A DNA stretch of 64,000 nucleotides from the human T2T-CHM13v2.0 reference genome, Homo sapiens (GCF_009914755.1 NC_060929.1), one strand, 5' to 3'. Shown: positions 1-14,967, counted from the first letter of the stretch. The notes: a model not told the origin generated them from the sequence alone. A program made the numbers and translations.

Positions 1-1105
1 TAAATAACATTCTGGTGAAGGTTTGAAGAAAAGGAAACTTATATGCTGTTGGTGGGAATGAGAATTAGTATAGTCACTGTGGAAAACAGTAAGGAAATTT
101 CTCAAACAACTAAAACTAGAACTATATGATCCAGCAGTCTCACTCTTGAATATCCAAAGGAGAATAATATATCAGTATAGCAAAGGGATGCCTGGACTCC
201 TATGTTTATTGCAATACTATTCACAATAGCCAAGACATGGAATCAACCTAAGTTTCCATCAACAGACAAATGGATAAAAAAATGTGCTATGTATACAAAA
301 TGGAATATTATTCAGTCACAAAAAAGAATAAAATTACTATTGATGGTGGCTCATGCCTGTGATCCCAGCACTTTGCAAAAACAAGGCAGGAGGATCACTT
401 GGGGTTGGGAATTTGAATGCAGCCTGGGCAACACAGTAAGACCTCATCTCTACTAAAATTTTTTTTAAAAATTAGCTGGGCCTGGTGACACCATCCCTGG
501 AGTTCCAGCTACTCATGAGCTAAGGCAAGAGGAGCCCAGGAGTTCAAGTCCTTGAGTTCGAGGCTGCAGTGAGCTGTGATTGTGCCATTGCACTCCAGTC
601 TGGGCAAAAGTGAGAACTTGTCTAAAAAAAAAAAAAGGATGAAATCATATAATTTGCAGCAACATGGATGGAACTGGAGGACAGTATGTTAAGTGAAATA
701 AGTCAGGCCAGAAAAAACATATTGCATGTTCTCATTCATATGTGGTAGCTAAAATGATTGATCTTATAGGGGTAGTAAATAGAATGATAGATAACAGAGG
801 CTGGGAAGAGCATGTGGGTAAGGAAGAGGCATAAAAAAAGATTGGTTAGTGGGTACAAACATACAGTTAGAAGGAATGAGTTCTAAAGTTCAAAAGCAGA
901 TTAGGGTGACTATAGTTAACAATGTAATGTATATCTTCAGATAGAAGAGAGGATGTGAAATGATCCCAACACACAGAAATGATACGTATGTATGGTGATA
1001 AGACACCCCAAACACCCTAATTTGATTGTTATATGGTCTCTGCATATAACAAAACATGTATGTTCCATAAATATTTACAAATATTTATATCAATAATAAG
1101 TAAAA
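1..1105 (+). mobile_element. L1 (L1MA-type) ORF2 C-terminus and 3' UTR, interrupted by an Alu
   Basis: The ORF at 202 (MFIAILFTIAKTWNQPK) is the L1 ORF2 C-terminus. Typical 3' UTR text follows (aacatggatggaactggagg, gggtgactatagttaac). Confidence 0.9.
337..636 (+). mobile_element. AluJ-type SINE inserted in the L1
   Basis: Dimeric Alu with J-type diagnostics (aggatcacttg, gaggctgcagtgagctgtgatt) and an A tail. Degenerate TSD aaaaagaataaaatta / aaaaaggatgaaatca. Confidence 0.9.
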
Positions 1106-1149
1106 ATAATGATTCAGAAAAACTCCCTCCACTCACACACACAATGAAG

Positions 1150-1953
<804 letters not shown>

Positions 1954-2196
1954 AATTTCTTTTAAAATTTATGTTTGCTTTCATCTGTAACCACACACAC
2001 ATGCACAGAGGACTGGCTGAGAAGGTGAGGAGCATAACAATGGAATTTAAATTGACTGAAAGAAGTGATGAAAATAGAACAAGGGAAACATGAAATGAAG
2101 GAATTGAAGCATTAGTGAGACAGCAGTAAGAGTACACAATACCTTAGGTTTAGGCAGGAAGATTTAGGACAGGATCTCACCGCTGGCATCTCATCC

Positions 2197-3644
2197 TGAG
2201 AGGTGACAGCGTGCTGGCAGCCCTCGCCAGCCCTCGCTCACTCTCGGCACCTCCTAGGCCTTGGCGCCCACTCTGGCTGCGCTTGAGGAGCCCTTCAGCC
2301 TGCCGCTGCACTGTGGGAGCACCTTTCTGGGCTGGCCAAGACCGGAGCTGGCTCCCTCAGCTTGAGGGGAGGTGTGGAGAGAGAGGCACCGGTGGGGGCG
2401 CTTGCGGGCCAGCTAGAGTTCCGGGTGGGCGTGGGCTTAGCGGGCCCCGCACTCGGAGCAGCTGGCTGGCCGCTGGCCAGGGCAATGAGGGGCTTAGCAC
2501 CCAGGCCAGCAGCTATGGAGGGTGGGCCGGGTCCCCCAGCAGTGCCGGCCCACTGGCGCTGTGCTCAATTTCTCACGGGGCCTTAGCTGCCTCCTCGCTG
2601 GGGAGGGCTTGGGACCTGCAGCCCACCATGCCGGTGCCTCGCCCGCCTCGCCCTCCTCGCCCCCCTTTCCCCCCACCACACCACCCGCATCCCCCTTTCT
2701 GTGGGCTGCTGTGCAGCCGGAGCCTCCCCGACGAGCACCGCCCCCTGCTCCACAGTGCCAGGTCCTATGGACCACCCAAGGGCTGAGGAGTGCGGGCGCA
2801 TGGCACAGGACTGGCAGGCAGCTCCACCTGCGGTCCCAGTGTGGGATCCACTGGGTGAAGCCAGCTGGGCTCCTGAGTTTAGTGGGGACTTGGAGAACCT
2901 TTATGTCTAGCTAAGGGATTGTAAATACACCAATCGGCACTCTATATATCTAGCTCAAGGTTTGTAAATGCACCAATCAGCACTCTGTGTCTAGCTCAGG
3001 GTTTGTAACTGCACCAGTCAGCACTCTGTATCTAGCTAATCAAGTGGGGATGTGGAGAACTTTTGTGTCTAGCTCAGGGGTTGTAAATGCACTAATCAGC
3101 ACTCTGTCAAAACGGACCAATCAGCTCTCTGTAAAACAGACCAATCGACTCTCTGTAAAATGGACCAATCAGCAGGATGTGGGTGGGGCCAGATAAGAGA
3201 ATAAAAGCAGGCTGCCCGAGCCAGCAGTGGCAACCCGTTGGGTACACTTCTACATGGTGGAAGACTTGTTCTTTCACTCTTTGCAATAAATCTTGCTAGT
3301 GCACACTGTTTGGGTTCACACTGTCTTTATGAGGTGTAACACTCACCGTGAAGGTCTGCAGCTTCACTCCTAAAGCCAGCAAGACCATGAACCCACTGGG
3401 AGGAACAAACAACTCCAGATGCGCCGCCTTAAGAGCCGTAACACTCACTGCAAAGGTCTGCAGCTTCACTCCTGAGCCAGTGAGACCACGAACTCACCAG
3501 AACGAAGAAACTCCGAACACATCAGAATATCAGAAGGAACAAACTCTGAACACGCCACCTTTAAGAACCGTAACACTCAGTGGGAGAGTCCGCGGCTTCA
3601 TTCTTGAAGTCAGTGAGACCAAGAACCCACCCATTCCGGACACA
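2197..3644 (+). mobile_element. Solo LTR12 (LTR12C-like, ERV9/HERV9)
   Basis: Begins TGAGAGGTGACAGCGTGCTGGCAG and ends CCGGACACA. Perfect 4-bp TSD ATCC at 2193-2196 and 3645-3648. GC-rich U3, CCAAT repeats and the repeated gaaggtctgcagcttcactcct unit. Confidence 0.96.
2925..3210 (+). promoter_or_regulatory. LTR12 U3 enhancer/promoter: tandem CCAAT (NF-Y) boxes, GATA site and TATA-like AATAAAA
   Basis: Five intact CCAATC (about 2930, 2973, 3117, 3141, 3165) and two mutated copies, followed by agataagagaataaaag at 3191-3207. Confidence 0.75.
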
Positions 3645-3869
3645 ATCCTACTATTGTCTGCTCATGGAAGAGTAGCAAATTCCTAGCTACCACTAGTGAT
3701 ACCACTATGCCTTCCAAGATCACCATATTTTCCATGATTTCTTCAAGTTTAATCACTCAAGCCCTGCAACAACAGCCTAAACCATATGCAAAAGTGATTC
3801 TTACTAAAGCAGTATTTGAATATATACCAATCTTGATTGTTTACTTATGTTATGGACACTTTAGCTTGA

Positions 3870-3980
3870 TTATGTAATTTAATAATCCCTGTCTTAAAGA
3901 GAAGAGAGGCGAACAACTTGCCCAAAGTTTTCCCATGAGTTACAGAGCTTGAGTTTGAACCCTAGTGATCTTACTCAAGG
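3870..3980 (-). mobile_element. MIR fragment
   Basis: aacttgcccaaag ... gagtttgaaccc resembles the reverse complement of the MIR core. Confidence 0.5.
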
Positions 3981-4726
3981 TTCTGGCCTCTGGGTGTCCA
4001 TGTGTTGCCAGCAGTAATGACTGAGCTGTAGAAAAGACTCTTTTTGACAATCCAATTTCTACTTTATAACCATCCCCCTACTGGCCAAGAAACTCTGAAG
4101 TCTGATCTTAGCAATCCTTCTGTCATTTGTGCATTGTTCTTCTTGTACAAGGCTAATCACTTTAATCATTTTTCTACAAGACCCATTGTCTGGATGCACA
4201 ACATTGTTGTCTGTGTTACTTTTTATATCAATAACAGGAATATCAACTAAGCAGAGAAGTTTAAGCAATAACTGCTTAAACCAAGCCTTCGTCTATAGCT
4301 TACAAACAGTTCCCCTTGTAAATCATTTCCATAGGTGGTCCCTAGTCTCTCTGCCAACTCATCAAACCTACATCAGATATACCAGATTTACTATAGTCAT
4401 CACCATGCTGGAACCTGAATTATTTGGAATACATTTTAAGATATACCAGGGAAGAATTTGGAAGGAAGTAGAACCATCACTTTCACAGTCATCACTTTCA
4501 CAACCATAGCTTTCATAGTTTCAAATTGTGTAGCAAAATCTACCTGAGCAATATGATTAAGCTACTAGTGAGTTTCTGAATACCACTGAAATGCTTATGA
4601 AAGACAAGTGAGGAGTGTATATTTCTTTGAATTAACCAGCCTAAAAATAAAGGAGACTTTTTTAGCTGCTGAACCAGATTTTTTGGTGCATACACAGTTT
4701 GTTAGTTCCATGGTTTGCTTCACTCT

Positions 4727-4753
4727 TGCTCAAAGTGCTCAAAGTGCTCAAAG
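4727..4753. repeat. Tandem repeat (TGCTCAAAG)x3
   Basis: Three perfect copies read directly. Confidence 0.9.
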
Positions 4754-5104
4754 TCCTAGGTTTGGTTCTAAATGACTGGGTGTGGTTTACTTTTTTTATG
4801 ATTAGTAGTTTTCTGCTAAGTTAGTTTTCAAACTTTATAGATGGTTGTTATAGTTGTTTTATTAATACTTTTAAAAAATATTTCTTTCATTTTTTAAGAG
4901 ATCAGAGTGCATAGAACAGGTAGGTTTTTTTTTGTGATGTGGGTCAGCAAAACTGAGAAGATAGCACAATTTATATTTTAAAAATACTGGGCTTTTTAGC
5001 AAAAGGACTTCAAAGAAATCACACATATGATGAATTCTCAAAATCATATAAAGCTACAATTATTTAGTTGCAATCTCAGTATCTCAAAGGAGCCTAAGAT
5101 GATG

Positions 5105-5175
5105 TAAAGAGAAAGGGAGGAAAGAAAGGAAAGAAGGGAGGAAGAAAATGAGGGAGGGATGGAGGGAAAGAATGG
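5105..5175. repeat. GA-rich low-complexity tract
   Basis: Near-pure purine run (gaaagggaggaaagaaagg...). Confidence 0.8.
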
Positions 5176-7194
5176 GTTATATAAAGGTGTATACCACCAC
5201 AGGGGGAATAAGTAACACCTACTTTTAAATCAGAAATCAAATAAATGAAGTTTACGTTATTCTAAATGGTTTTAATCACAAAGACAGCTTTTAATATTGG
5301 AGATTCACAGGAATAAGTATCACTGCTTCCACAGTAGTTTGATAATAATATTCATTGATTATATTAGCCCAGTCACCATAAATGTACACTGCACTACTTC
5401 AATTATGCTGGCACCTTTTAAGTGCCTGACCAGCAAACCTCAAAGATAATATTAGTTGAAAGAAGATATGAGCTTAAAATGGTGGCCAATAAACTGGTGT
5501 CTAAGTGGAACCAGAAGTATAGTTTTAATTTAATAGGATAACCAGAACAAACGGCATCTGAAATTTCAGTAAAACACCTCATTTGGTGTAGAATTTCCTC
5601 CAGAACAAATGCTAAACAGAAGAAACCAACTTTGATGTCATTCTGCAATGGATCAAGAAAGGATAGTTTAAGCTAACTGTAAGATATGGTGTGTATATTA
5701 GTTTGCCTTCTGTATCTGCTTACTACACCTATTATGCAACTGAATGAATTATTAGCTATACACCCCTGTAGATTAAATTCTAGCACTATCTCTAAGGGAT
5801 ACATGGACTTAAAATGCAGAACTGGGAAGTGGATTTTGTTTTGTCTTTTGAGTATGGAGGCATCACTATCATCATTAATGATTTTATTAATGAGTAAACT
5901 AACAATATTTACAGAGACAAATGTTACTAGGGAATTTCCATTCAGAGGATAAATGGTAATTAATATATGCTATAGAGGTAAAGTGAGCTACAAAGAAACA
6001 TCATAGTCATTAATCAGGTTCACTTCTTATGTCAAGTTAATTCATTCAACCACTTTGGATGGCCATTCATAAACAGAGTTATAGCCAGTGAATGAGAACT
6101 TAGCAAGTGGGTGAGATCCCCAAAAATGTCTGAAAGAACAAGTTGAAGATTATTTTCCCACTAAATTAAGAACATTTTATCTTTACTCAGGGAGAAATAC
6201 AAACCTATTTCTGTTTTGAAAAATGAAACTTATTATTGATGTACATACAACCATAGGTCTTGAGTTTATTTTTAAAGTAATAAATATAATTGATTCATGT
6301 TCTTTTGCAGAATTTTCCAAAGAATAAGTTTTGTGTCTGTATTTATGCACACATCCAAATATTGTATGTAAGGTAAACGCAATGAGTATTTAGTATTTTC
6401 TGGTTTTGCTTATTAATAATAATGGTGTCTACTCATGATTTGAAACAGCAACACTTTGAAGAATCATAATGTCATAATTTCTAGTCCAGTGCACAGATAT
6501 CCTAAGAAAGCACAATCAACATACATTTCTGTAGAAATTGTGTGAAATGTGTATCTGCAGCACTGCAGAAATTGCAGAGACGCAGTCTTCTGACTCCTTG
6601 CTTCACTGCCTTTAATGCAAGTCATCTACCAAAGTAATGAGGTTGACGACAGAAAACTTAATATTAATTTTATGTGGCTCACTCAAACCTTTTTCTCATA
6701 AAGAAAAGTTTTTGTTGTTTTACTTAAACTAACACCACCTCGTCAGAGATATCACTCTTTGGATTTATATACATGAAACTAGACTACTGTAGTAGGAAAA
6801 ATATTGCACTATCCAACATTAACCTTAGCCTAGAGCAAAACAATAAACCCTCTACGTGGTAAAGCAAAACTACTTTTATGAAATGCAGCAATTGATTTCC
6901 TTTTCAACAATTGATTTTGATTATATTCCATGGTCAAGGACTTTCAATTAACTTAAACGTTACCTGCTATATGTATTCTTAGAAGAAAACTGATTCGCTT
7001 TTAAAGCTAAGTGATTTGGAAACTATTTCTGTAAATCTATCTTGCAGTTTACTATCAGGAAAATAAAGTCCCTTTGCCTTTCATTACTGATCATAGCCAA
7101 AACATATGATAATGATAAAAGCTACTTTAATAGCAACATAAATACACTAATTGTAATAGAAAAACATGGATGTGAAATTAATTATATTAGCAAA

Positions 7195-7875
7195 TAGAAT
7201 GGTGATCATTAAAAAGTCAGAGAACAGCAGATGCTGGAGAGGATCTGGAGAAATAGGAATGCTTTTACAATGTTGGTGGGAGTGTAAATTAGTTCAACCA
7301 CTGTGGAAGACAGTGTGGCAATTCCTCAAGGATGTAGAACTAGAAATACCATTTAACCCAGCAGTCCCATTACTGGGTATATACCCAAGTATTATAAATC
7401 ATTCTACTATAAAGACACATGCACATGTATGTTTATTGCAGCACTATTCACAATAGCAAAGACTTGGAACCAACCCAAATGTCCATCAATAATAGACTGG
7501 ATAAAGAAAATGTGGTACATATACACCATGGAATACTGTGCAGCCATAAAAAAGGATGAGTTCATGTCCTTTGCAGGGACATGGATGAAGCTGGAAACCA
7601 TCATTCTCAGCAAATTATCACAAGAACAGAAAACCAAACATCGCATGTTCTCACTCATAAGCAGGACTTGAACAATTAGATCACATGGACATATGGAGCA
7701 TCACACACCGGGGCCTGTCGGGGGTGGGGGGCTAGGGGAGGGATAACATTAGGAGAAATAACTAATGTAGGTGACGGGTTGATGGGTGCAGCAAACCACC
7801 GTGCCACGTGAATACCTATGTAACAAAACTGCACATTGGGCACATGTACCCCAGAACTTAAAGTATTAAAAAAAG
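7195..7875 (+). mobile_element. 5'-truncated L1PA (about L1PA6-8) 3' end
   Basis: ORFs at 7166 and 7429 translate to the L1 ORF2 C-terminus (CWWECKLVQPLWK, TWNQPKCPS). G-rich 3' UTR and ccagaacttaaagta end with a short A tail. Confidence 0.93.
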
Positions 7876-8286
7876 TTGTATTTCTATCCTTGATTCTTCC
7901 ATTGTTTTCCAACTGCCTTTTGTTCATGTCAAACTTAATTTTTCCTCAGAAGTTTCTTGTGTGAGAGGAGGAATGGGAGCTGTGACATGCTTAAAGAAAT
8001 TCCATTTTCCACTCCTAATATACCAGTTTTACATCTTGTCTGTTAAAGCTTCAGACTGGGCAAGACCCTTAATGAATTGTTTCCCCTCTATAAGGCAGTA
8101 TCTGCTATGCTGACACTTCAGAAAATAGCTTCTGGTACATTAGCGTGTCTTTAACCCTGAACTCAAAAAATAAACTTTTAATCTGAAAATGACCTACTTC
8201 CCTGGGGACGAGTGGTCCTTTACGAGACACTGAACAGTTCCCTAGGCCTATGCTTGAACCTCTGCAACCGTTGTGCCCTCTCTTAC

Positions 8287-8300
8287 CTGTAACTCATTTG
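8287..8300 (-). other. Candidate 14-nt microexon
   Basis: Minus strand reads actaat (branch point) ttt...ttttttctaag | CAAATGAGTTACAG | gtaaga. Confidence 0.3.
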
Positions 8301-10848
8301 CTTAGAAAAAATATTGAGAATAAAATTAGTTTTTAGAAATTCTTACTAGTAATTTAATATTGTAAAAGTGTTCTTATTCTTGCCCTCTAATATCGTTCAA
8401 CATAGTGCCATTTCCTAAGTTACTGCAGTTCATCAGCTGAATAAAAGCAGCTCTGCTGATATAAATTTTTTTAGATAAGTTCACCTTTCTCGAGGAGCAA
8501 ATGAAAAGGGCAAAGCATGACAATTTCTCATTTTATAATGGGAAATTTATTCAAGACTTTTTTTCCTCATTTATCACTGAAGACACGTTACAATTAAGTG
8601 CCTTCATTTGCACATAAGTAGCCTGCAAACCTTTTTTTAAAATTCTCCAGGTATTTACGGTGTGTTTCTCTCTAGCTATTTTATGTTTCATTTTTACTCT
8701 CTTTACCTATTAAGCAGTCTGACTCAGAACCTGCATTGAGTTTGTCAGTAATGACAAAAGAGCTGGTAAAGAATGGTTTTCATTAAGTCCTGCACATGTA
8801 AGCAAAATAAAAATGAGAAAATAAAAGTTATTGAAAGAAAACTATGTATTTCTCCTCCCTGATAATCTACATGCTGAGTAATTGAACAATCATTTTTTAT
8901 GACAATGTTGACAGAAAATCAGAAATTAAAAATTATGGGAAAGAGAAATGAAATATTCTGTCTTTGGTAGAAAACAGCTTATTCATTTTCCTTACAACTT
9001 AAAATCCTATCATCTAAAAAGTTCAGAAGCCTAGGTACACATGCCCCATCACATTGAATGCCTTCTCCTTTCATGTACGTAGAAGTAGTGGGGTTTATTC
9101 CTAGAATTAAAGGAAAATTGTCATGATATTTTCATTATGTTAATGATTGCTATCTTTGTAGTTGTCCCTTAGAGGCCTAGAACAGAAATCTATTTCTTTT
9201 TAGATGTATTTCACTTAATAGACTAAATCTTTCAATTTTACCATTCAGTTTCCCAAGATGAAATATGTGTACCAATGATTGTGCAATATAAAGATAGTGG
9301 CTCAGATCTGAGAATGTAAAATCTAGTTCAGGGCTCTTTGACCTTGAATGAGACTAATAACGTTTTGTGTTCCCATCTTCTGAAATGTTCTGTACAAAAA
9401 TAGGTATTATTATATATTTATCTATAAAGTTAAGGAATTGAAGTAAATAATTTGTGAGGTTATTTCAATGTCAAATTCTATGAACATTTGCTCAAATATA
9501 AATAGTACTGTTTCCATCATTTTAACTAATTCCAAACATGAGCATCCACAAGACCAACTACCTTATACAAATCACTAAATAGATTATATATTCCATATCA
9601 CAGAGAATAGTCTGGGTATTAATATTCAATGAGAGTACAGCATATGATTTGAATTTCTTCTTGATTGTAAGAAGATGAAGGTTATTTTCACTGGTCATTA
9701 GAAAGATAATTTTCCCTAGATTTTCAATAAGGGCATGAAGTTTACCCATGGTTTGGCCTATAGGTCAACTCTCAAAAGGTAATGAGTACAAAAATTCATT
9801 TTCAAAGAGAAGATCTTTAAATTCTTAGTTGTACAAAATTAAGTTTTTCTTATTGATTTTTTTCTATATTTCTAAGTTAAACCTGGCACCATTTCATCAG
9901 TGGTCTGCAAACTTTTTAAAACTGTAAAAGCCTTTTTATTAAAAAGAAACTCAAGTTGTATAAAAGAATGGTAACCAAATGTGTATGAGACAGACCACAT
10001 ATGTCCCAGACAAATTTGCAGTCCATAATCTTTTCCAAAGTTAATGTATATGTAAACGGGTCAGTGATGCTTAAAAGAGGATCTTCGTAGGGAAAATATC
10101 GTAGGATATTCTCCGTCTCTATGAAAGATAGAAGGAAGATGCACTTCTCATCACATCACATTAATGTTAGCTATAAATGCTTCAGGGAAACTATTTAGAC
10201 ATCTTGGTCGGCGTTCTCTGAAATTGTGAGGGTTGTATGAACTAATGCCTGACTTTCATCTGAGAAAACTAAAAAAGTTAAAAAAAATTGCATCTGACCC
10301 TCAAACAAGAGAATCTAGAGAGCAATACATAATTTGACCAATGCCTTTCTTTAGTGATAAAGCCTGAAGTATGTAATTTGCAACAGGACTCATTCACTGT
10401 TGCCTTGGTATCAACTATGAGTTAGTCCAAAGGAGGTGTGTGAGTTTCCTGTGAAAAAAATGAAGACTATAGGAAAAGTAAGATAACAAAAGACCTCAGT
10501 AGAAACACCTAGATGCCTATTATCAAATACCAAGATCTGAGAAATTAACCAAAAGATAACACCCCAAATAGAGTCAAATATAGAACCAGCCTCTTACTCA
10601 ATGCCCCCTATAAGGAACCTATGAAGAACATATGAAAATACCTCAGGAGAGCCAGGTTTAGTATTCATCAGAGACAATTCAGGAACTTCAACTTTAACCA
10701 CCTTTAAATTCAAATTCAGCGGTTTCATTAATATCTTAATTTTCATATTCTAAAAATTGATTTGAAACTATGTTTACAACTTAAAATGATATTAGGGCTG
10801 ACATATATTATCTAGAGGAGAGCAGAAAAGTCATGAGATCAGCTAGAG

Positions 10849-10866
10849 TTGCCATCTAGGGGCAAA
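10849..10866 (-). promoter_or_regulatory. Candidate CTCF site
   Basis: Minus strand TTTGCCCCTAGATGGCAA matches 12 of 14 positions of CCASYAGRKGGCRS, in non-repeat DNA. Confidence 0.5.
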
Positions 10867-12213
10867 GAAAGGAGATTACTCCACTGAACAAAAATACGAA
10901 AGGGAATATATACAGGAAAAAATGAAAAACACCATAAACCAGTTCTGATTTATTTGGTCTCCCCAAATATTGTTAAGAACATACTTAGCAAGTATTTGAA
11001 TGAAATTAACAAGAAATGAAGATTTGTTGTATAGTGTTTAATTGCATGTATATATTTTTAAATTTTCCCCAAGAAAGCATCAGTTGCTTAGATTGTCAGT
11101 AATTATAATCAAATTAGAGAAATTAAACCAATGACATAAAAAGACTTTGCACCTGACTTCACATTCAATAAGCGGTATTGTATTTTAATTGATTTTAAGT
11201 AATGAAGTCTGAGGTGTATTTGTACAAAGTGAAGTATTTTATATTAAACCAAATTATTGCCATTATTTTTTTCTCTTTAAATTCAAAAATTAATCTGATT
11301 TCTATATTATTTTCTGAAAAGGAGTTGTAAATGGAACAAAGAAAAAAATCAAGAGAAGAAAAACAAGATAAAAGCTCAACCAGATGGTTTTGTAGTTTGT
11401 CTAATGACGATTTCGTTGAAAATATTAGTTATTTACGGCTTTGAATAAACAAGATCTAATTAAGAAAAGATTAAGTTTCAGCAGCCTACAATGATGGAAC
11501 TGGAGGTCAAAATTACACTAATTACTTATAAGTGAACTTAGGCTCTTTAGATGTTATCTAGTTTGTAAGCTTAAGGGAGATGAAGTGAAGACTGGTGAAA
11601 TGTTAGCAACTGCATACATGTTACCAAAAGCAGCTATCAACATTGAGTTAGCCCCATTTACTAAACTTCCATGAGGAATACACGTGCAAATGCACAAAGG
11701 TACATATGAATGCATATACACATAGATACATGTTCTGGAAGAGAGACTCTCCTGGAACAATATTTATTCAGGGAAGGAGCTGCTCCAGTATTCCAATATT
11801 TCAGGTTCAGCAGGAGCACTTTATTTCTTCGTTTAATGTTTCCCTGTGTTTATTTCAATTCCGTATTTATTTGAAGGAAGCAATATCTATTTGGCTTAAA
11901 TTCACTTACAGTTAATCAAATGTTATTTTAAATATTTTTCTAGGTATTTAAAGATGTAAGAAACTGAAAGTTTTCTCTGTCTTTACTACTTTTTTTATAA
12001 TTGAAAATTACACTTTGGTATGAAAAAGCAAACTTGAATGTCAAAAGATTTGCATTTTGGTTTAGACTAACCAATAAGGCAGTTCAAACAGAACATCTAT
12101 TTTTTAGGGCATTATTGCAGTAAAAGAATTTATTCTCTATTAAGTTAACTAAGGATAATGTGTACTTCAAAAATGTTGGAACAGATATTGAGACTATAGA
12201 TTTAATGGCTTAC

Positions 12214-12247
12214 CAAAGATGCTATAATCTAGCTGGTAACATGCATT
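12214..12247 (-). other. Candidate 34-nt exon
   Basis: Minus strand ttttaccaatttag | AATGCATG...ATCTTTG | gtaagc. One open frame gives NACYQLDYSIF. Confidence 0.25.
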
Positions 12248-12688
12248 CTAAATTGGTAAAATATTTGGGTACTTTTCACACTGATGAGCTTGCAGCCCCT
12301 GTGGAGGCATTGCAATCTGTTGTGCAACACTGAGTTGGTATTTGCAAGGGAGTTTTTTTCCTCTCTTTTAAAAAATGTCATTTTATAAACCCAAGGAGCC
12401 CTGAATCCAAACACCAAATACATAAAAATAATGATTCTGTTTACAATTTTTAGCCATGAATTTCTAAATAAAATTCAAATGCATCTGCTTTCTAAAGGAT
12501 ATGAAGGTGTTTCTATTATTTTATGCTTATTAAGTTGCAATAGCGATCATCAAATGTTACAGGGAAGGAGCATAACTATGATAAGTTATTAAGTAATCAT
12601 TTCATTATTTCATTATTTCTGCTACAGAATATATTTAATACAAATTTTCCTGCCACAAATTTATTCCATCTTTCAGAATGTGTGAACT

Positions 12689-13050
12689 CTGAGGTCACAG
12701 ACTGGTACCCTATATGCAAAATTCATTCCCAGAGACAATTTTGGTGGCCTCCATGGTAGGATAAAATAGTCGATGTGTTGCCAACATTTAAAAAATTGTG
12801 ATATTTTGCAAAAAAAATAGATTTTCAAACTTTTTGAAAAATTGAGAGCTCTGGCAATATGTAGGTTTGCATTGTCTTAGGACAATAAGCAGAAACTGAG
12901 AGTGACTCCCCCTTTATAAAGTCATTCACTCTCCACCGCATTACAGTCACCAACATTCCCTATTGTCTTGCAAATTTAAAGGTGAATGTAAATTAAACCT
13001 TCGGCATTGCTTTTTATTATCTTTTTTGTTGTTGTTTTTCACCTTAGAAA
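12689..13050 (+). mobile_element. MER102 (hAT-Charlie) DNA transposon relic
   Basis: gttgccaacatttaaaaaatt ... ctctggcaatat ... cattccctattgtct match the recalled MER102 consensus. Confidence 0.7.
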
Positions 13051-14150
13051 CCTCTTTCTTTACTCGTTTCTATTACTACTTACTCCCTATGAGGGGTATT
13101 TAAGACTTTGCTTTATCTATTCAAACTCTTCCCATAAAATCTATCCAACCTTCTATGACCACTTAATATTTTCACTGCTCATTCATAAAATCTTTACATT
13201 GGCTGACGTGCACTATCATACATCTTATAATCTCTCCCCCAATGGACTGTAAGCATTAGGAGAAGTGAAATCATGCTTTATCAGGTATTTGCATAACTTT
13301 CAAAGTTTGTTCAAAATATACTTGATTCCTAATAAATGTTTGATGATTATATTATTGGAGGTACTGCTGGTAGTGAAACTTGAATTCTGCTTCAGTCACT
13401 GTCTACCAATTTTCTCACGGGCTTGTGGTGATAGGAATGTCAATACTAAACAGAAATATGGGTACTTCGGAAAAGTAACAAGTAGGGTGGAGTAATGCTC
13501 ATTTAATAATACAAAATTTACTGAAACTACATATACATTACAATCTTTAAAATAATGAGACTATTTCAAATGTCTAAAATAAATTTGGTGTTTTATGGCC
13601 TTAGATATTTACATGGAAAACATGATAAATTGTATTTCCACATCCTGTCATGTTCAGAGTAAATCATACTAGACTTGCCCTCCGCTCTAAACAGTGGTAG
13701 AAACGGACAGTGTATATGAAGCAAATGTCTTAAGGCCTGAAACAACAGGCAATATAGGACCATGATACTTGAAAAAAAATACAAAGGACACAAAGTGGAT
13801 TCCCAAAAACATTCTCTTCTCCGCAAGAAAGCACTTCCTGCTATATAACAGAGAGGAAGAGCCCAAATAGACTGCTGATCCACTGACCTAAGGAAGCAGA
13901 AATCAGAGATTATGCCCTTGATTGGGGTGGTTTCTCAACCTACCAGGAGACCATGGAAGTGAGATAATAAACTCACCACAAATCTGGCTGACTATTAAGG
14001 TATACGTGACTGTGGGAGACTCAAGAGAACCCAGCAAAAATGAAAGCCAGGGAAGTCTTGATAAATTACATCAACTCACACACTGCCTGGGTGGCAGAAA
14101 GGAAAATCATTATGGACTGAAAGTGAGCATGAATAACCTCTGCCAAATCA

Positions 14151-14967
<817 letters not shown>

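Noticed and set aside
2197-2900. CpG-island-like segment suggesting a gene promoter
   Set aside because: It is the LTR12 U3 region, not a host CpG island.
2900-3180. Regularly spaced direct repeats that superficially resemble a CRISPR array
   Set aside because: These are the known tandem CCAAT-containing units of LTR12, with no unique spacers, in eukaryotic DNA.
2211-3686. Long GC-rich ORFs (191 aa, 130 aa, 112 aa)
   Set aside because: All lie inside the LTR12. Stop-poor GC-rich sequence explains their length.
7166-7671. ORFs with recognisable protein motifs
   Set aside because: Frameshifted L1 ORF2 C-terminus of a 5'-truncated element.
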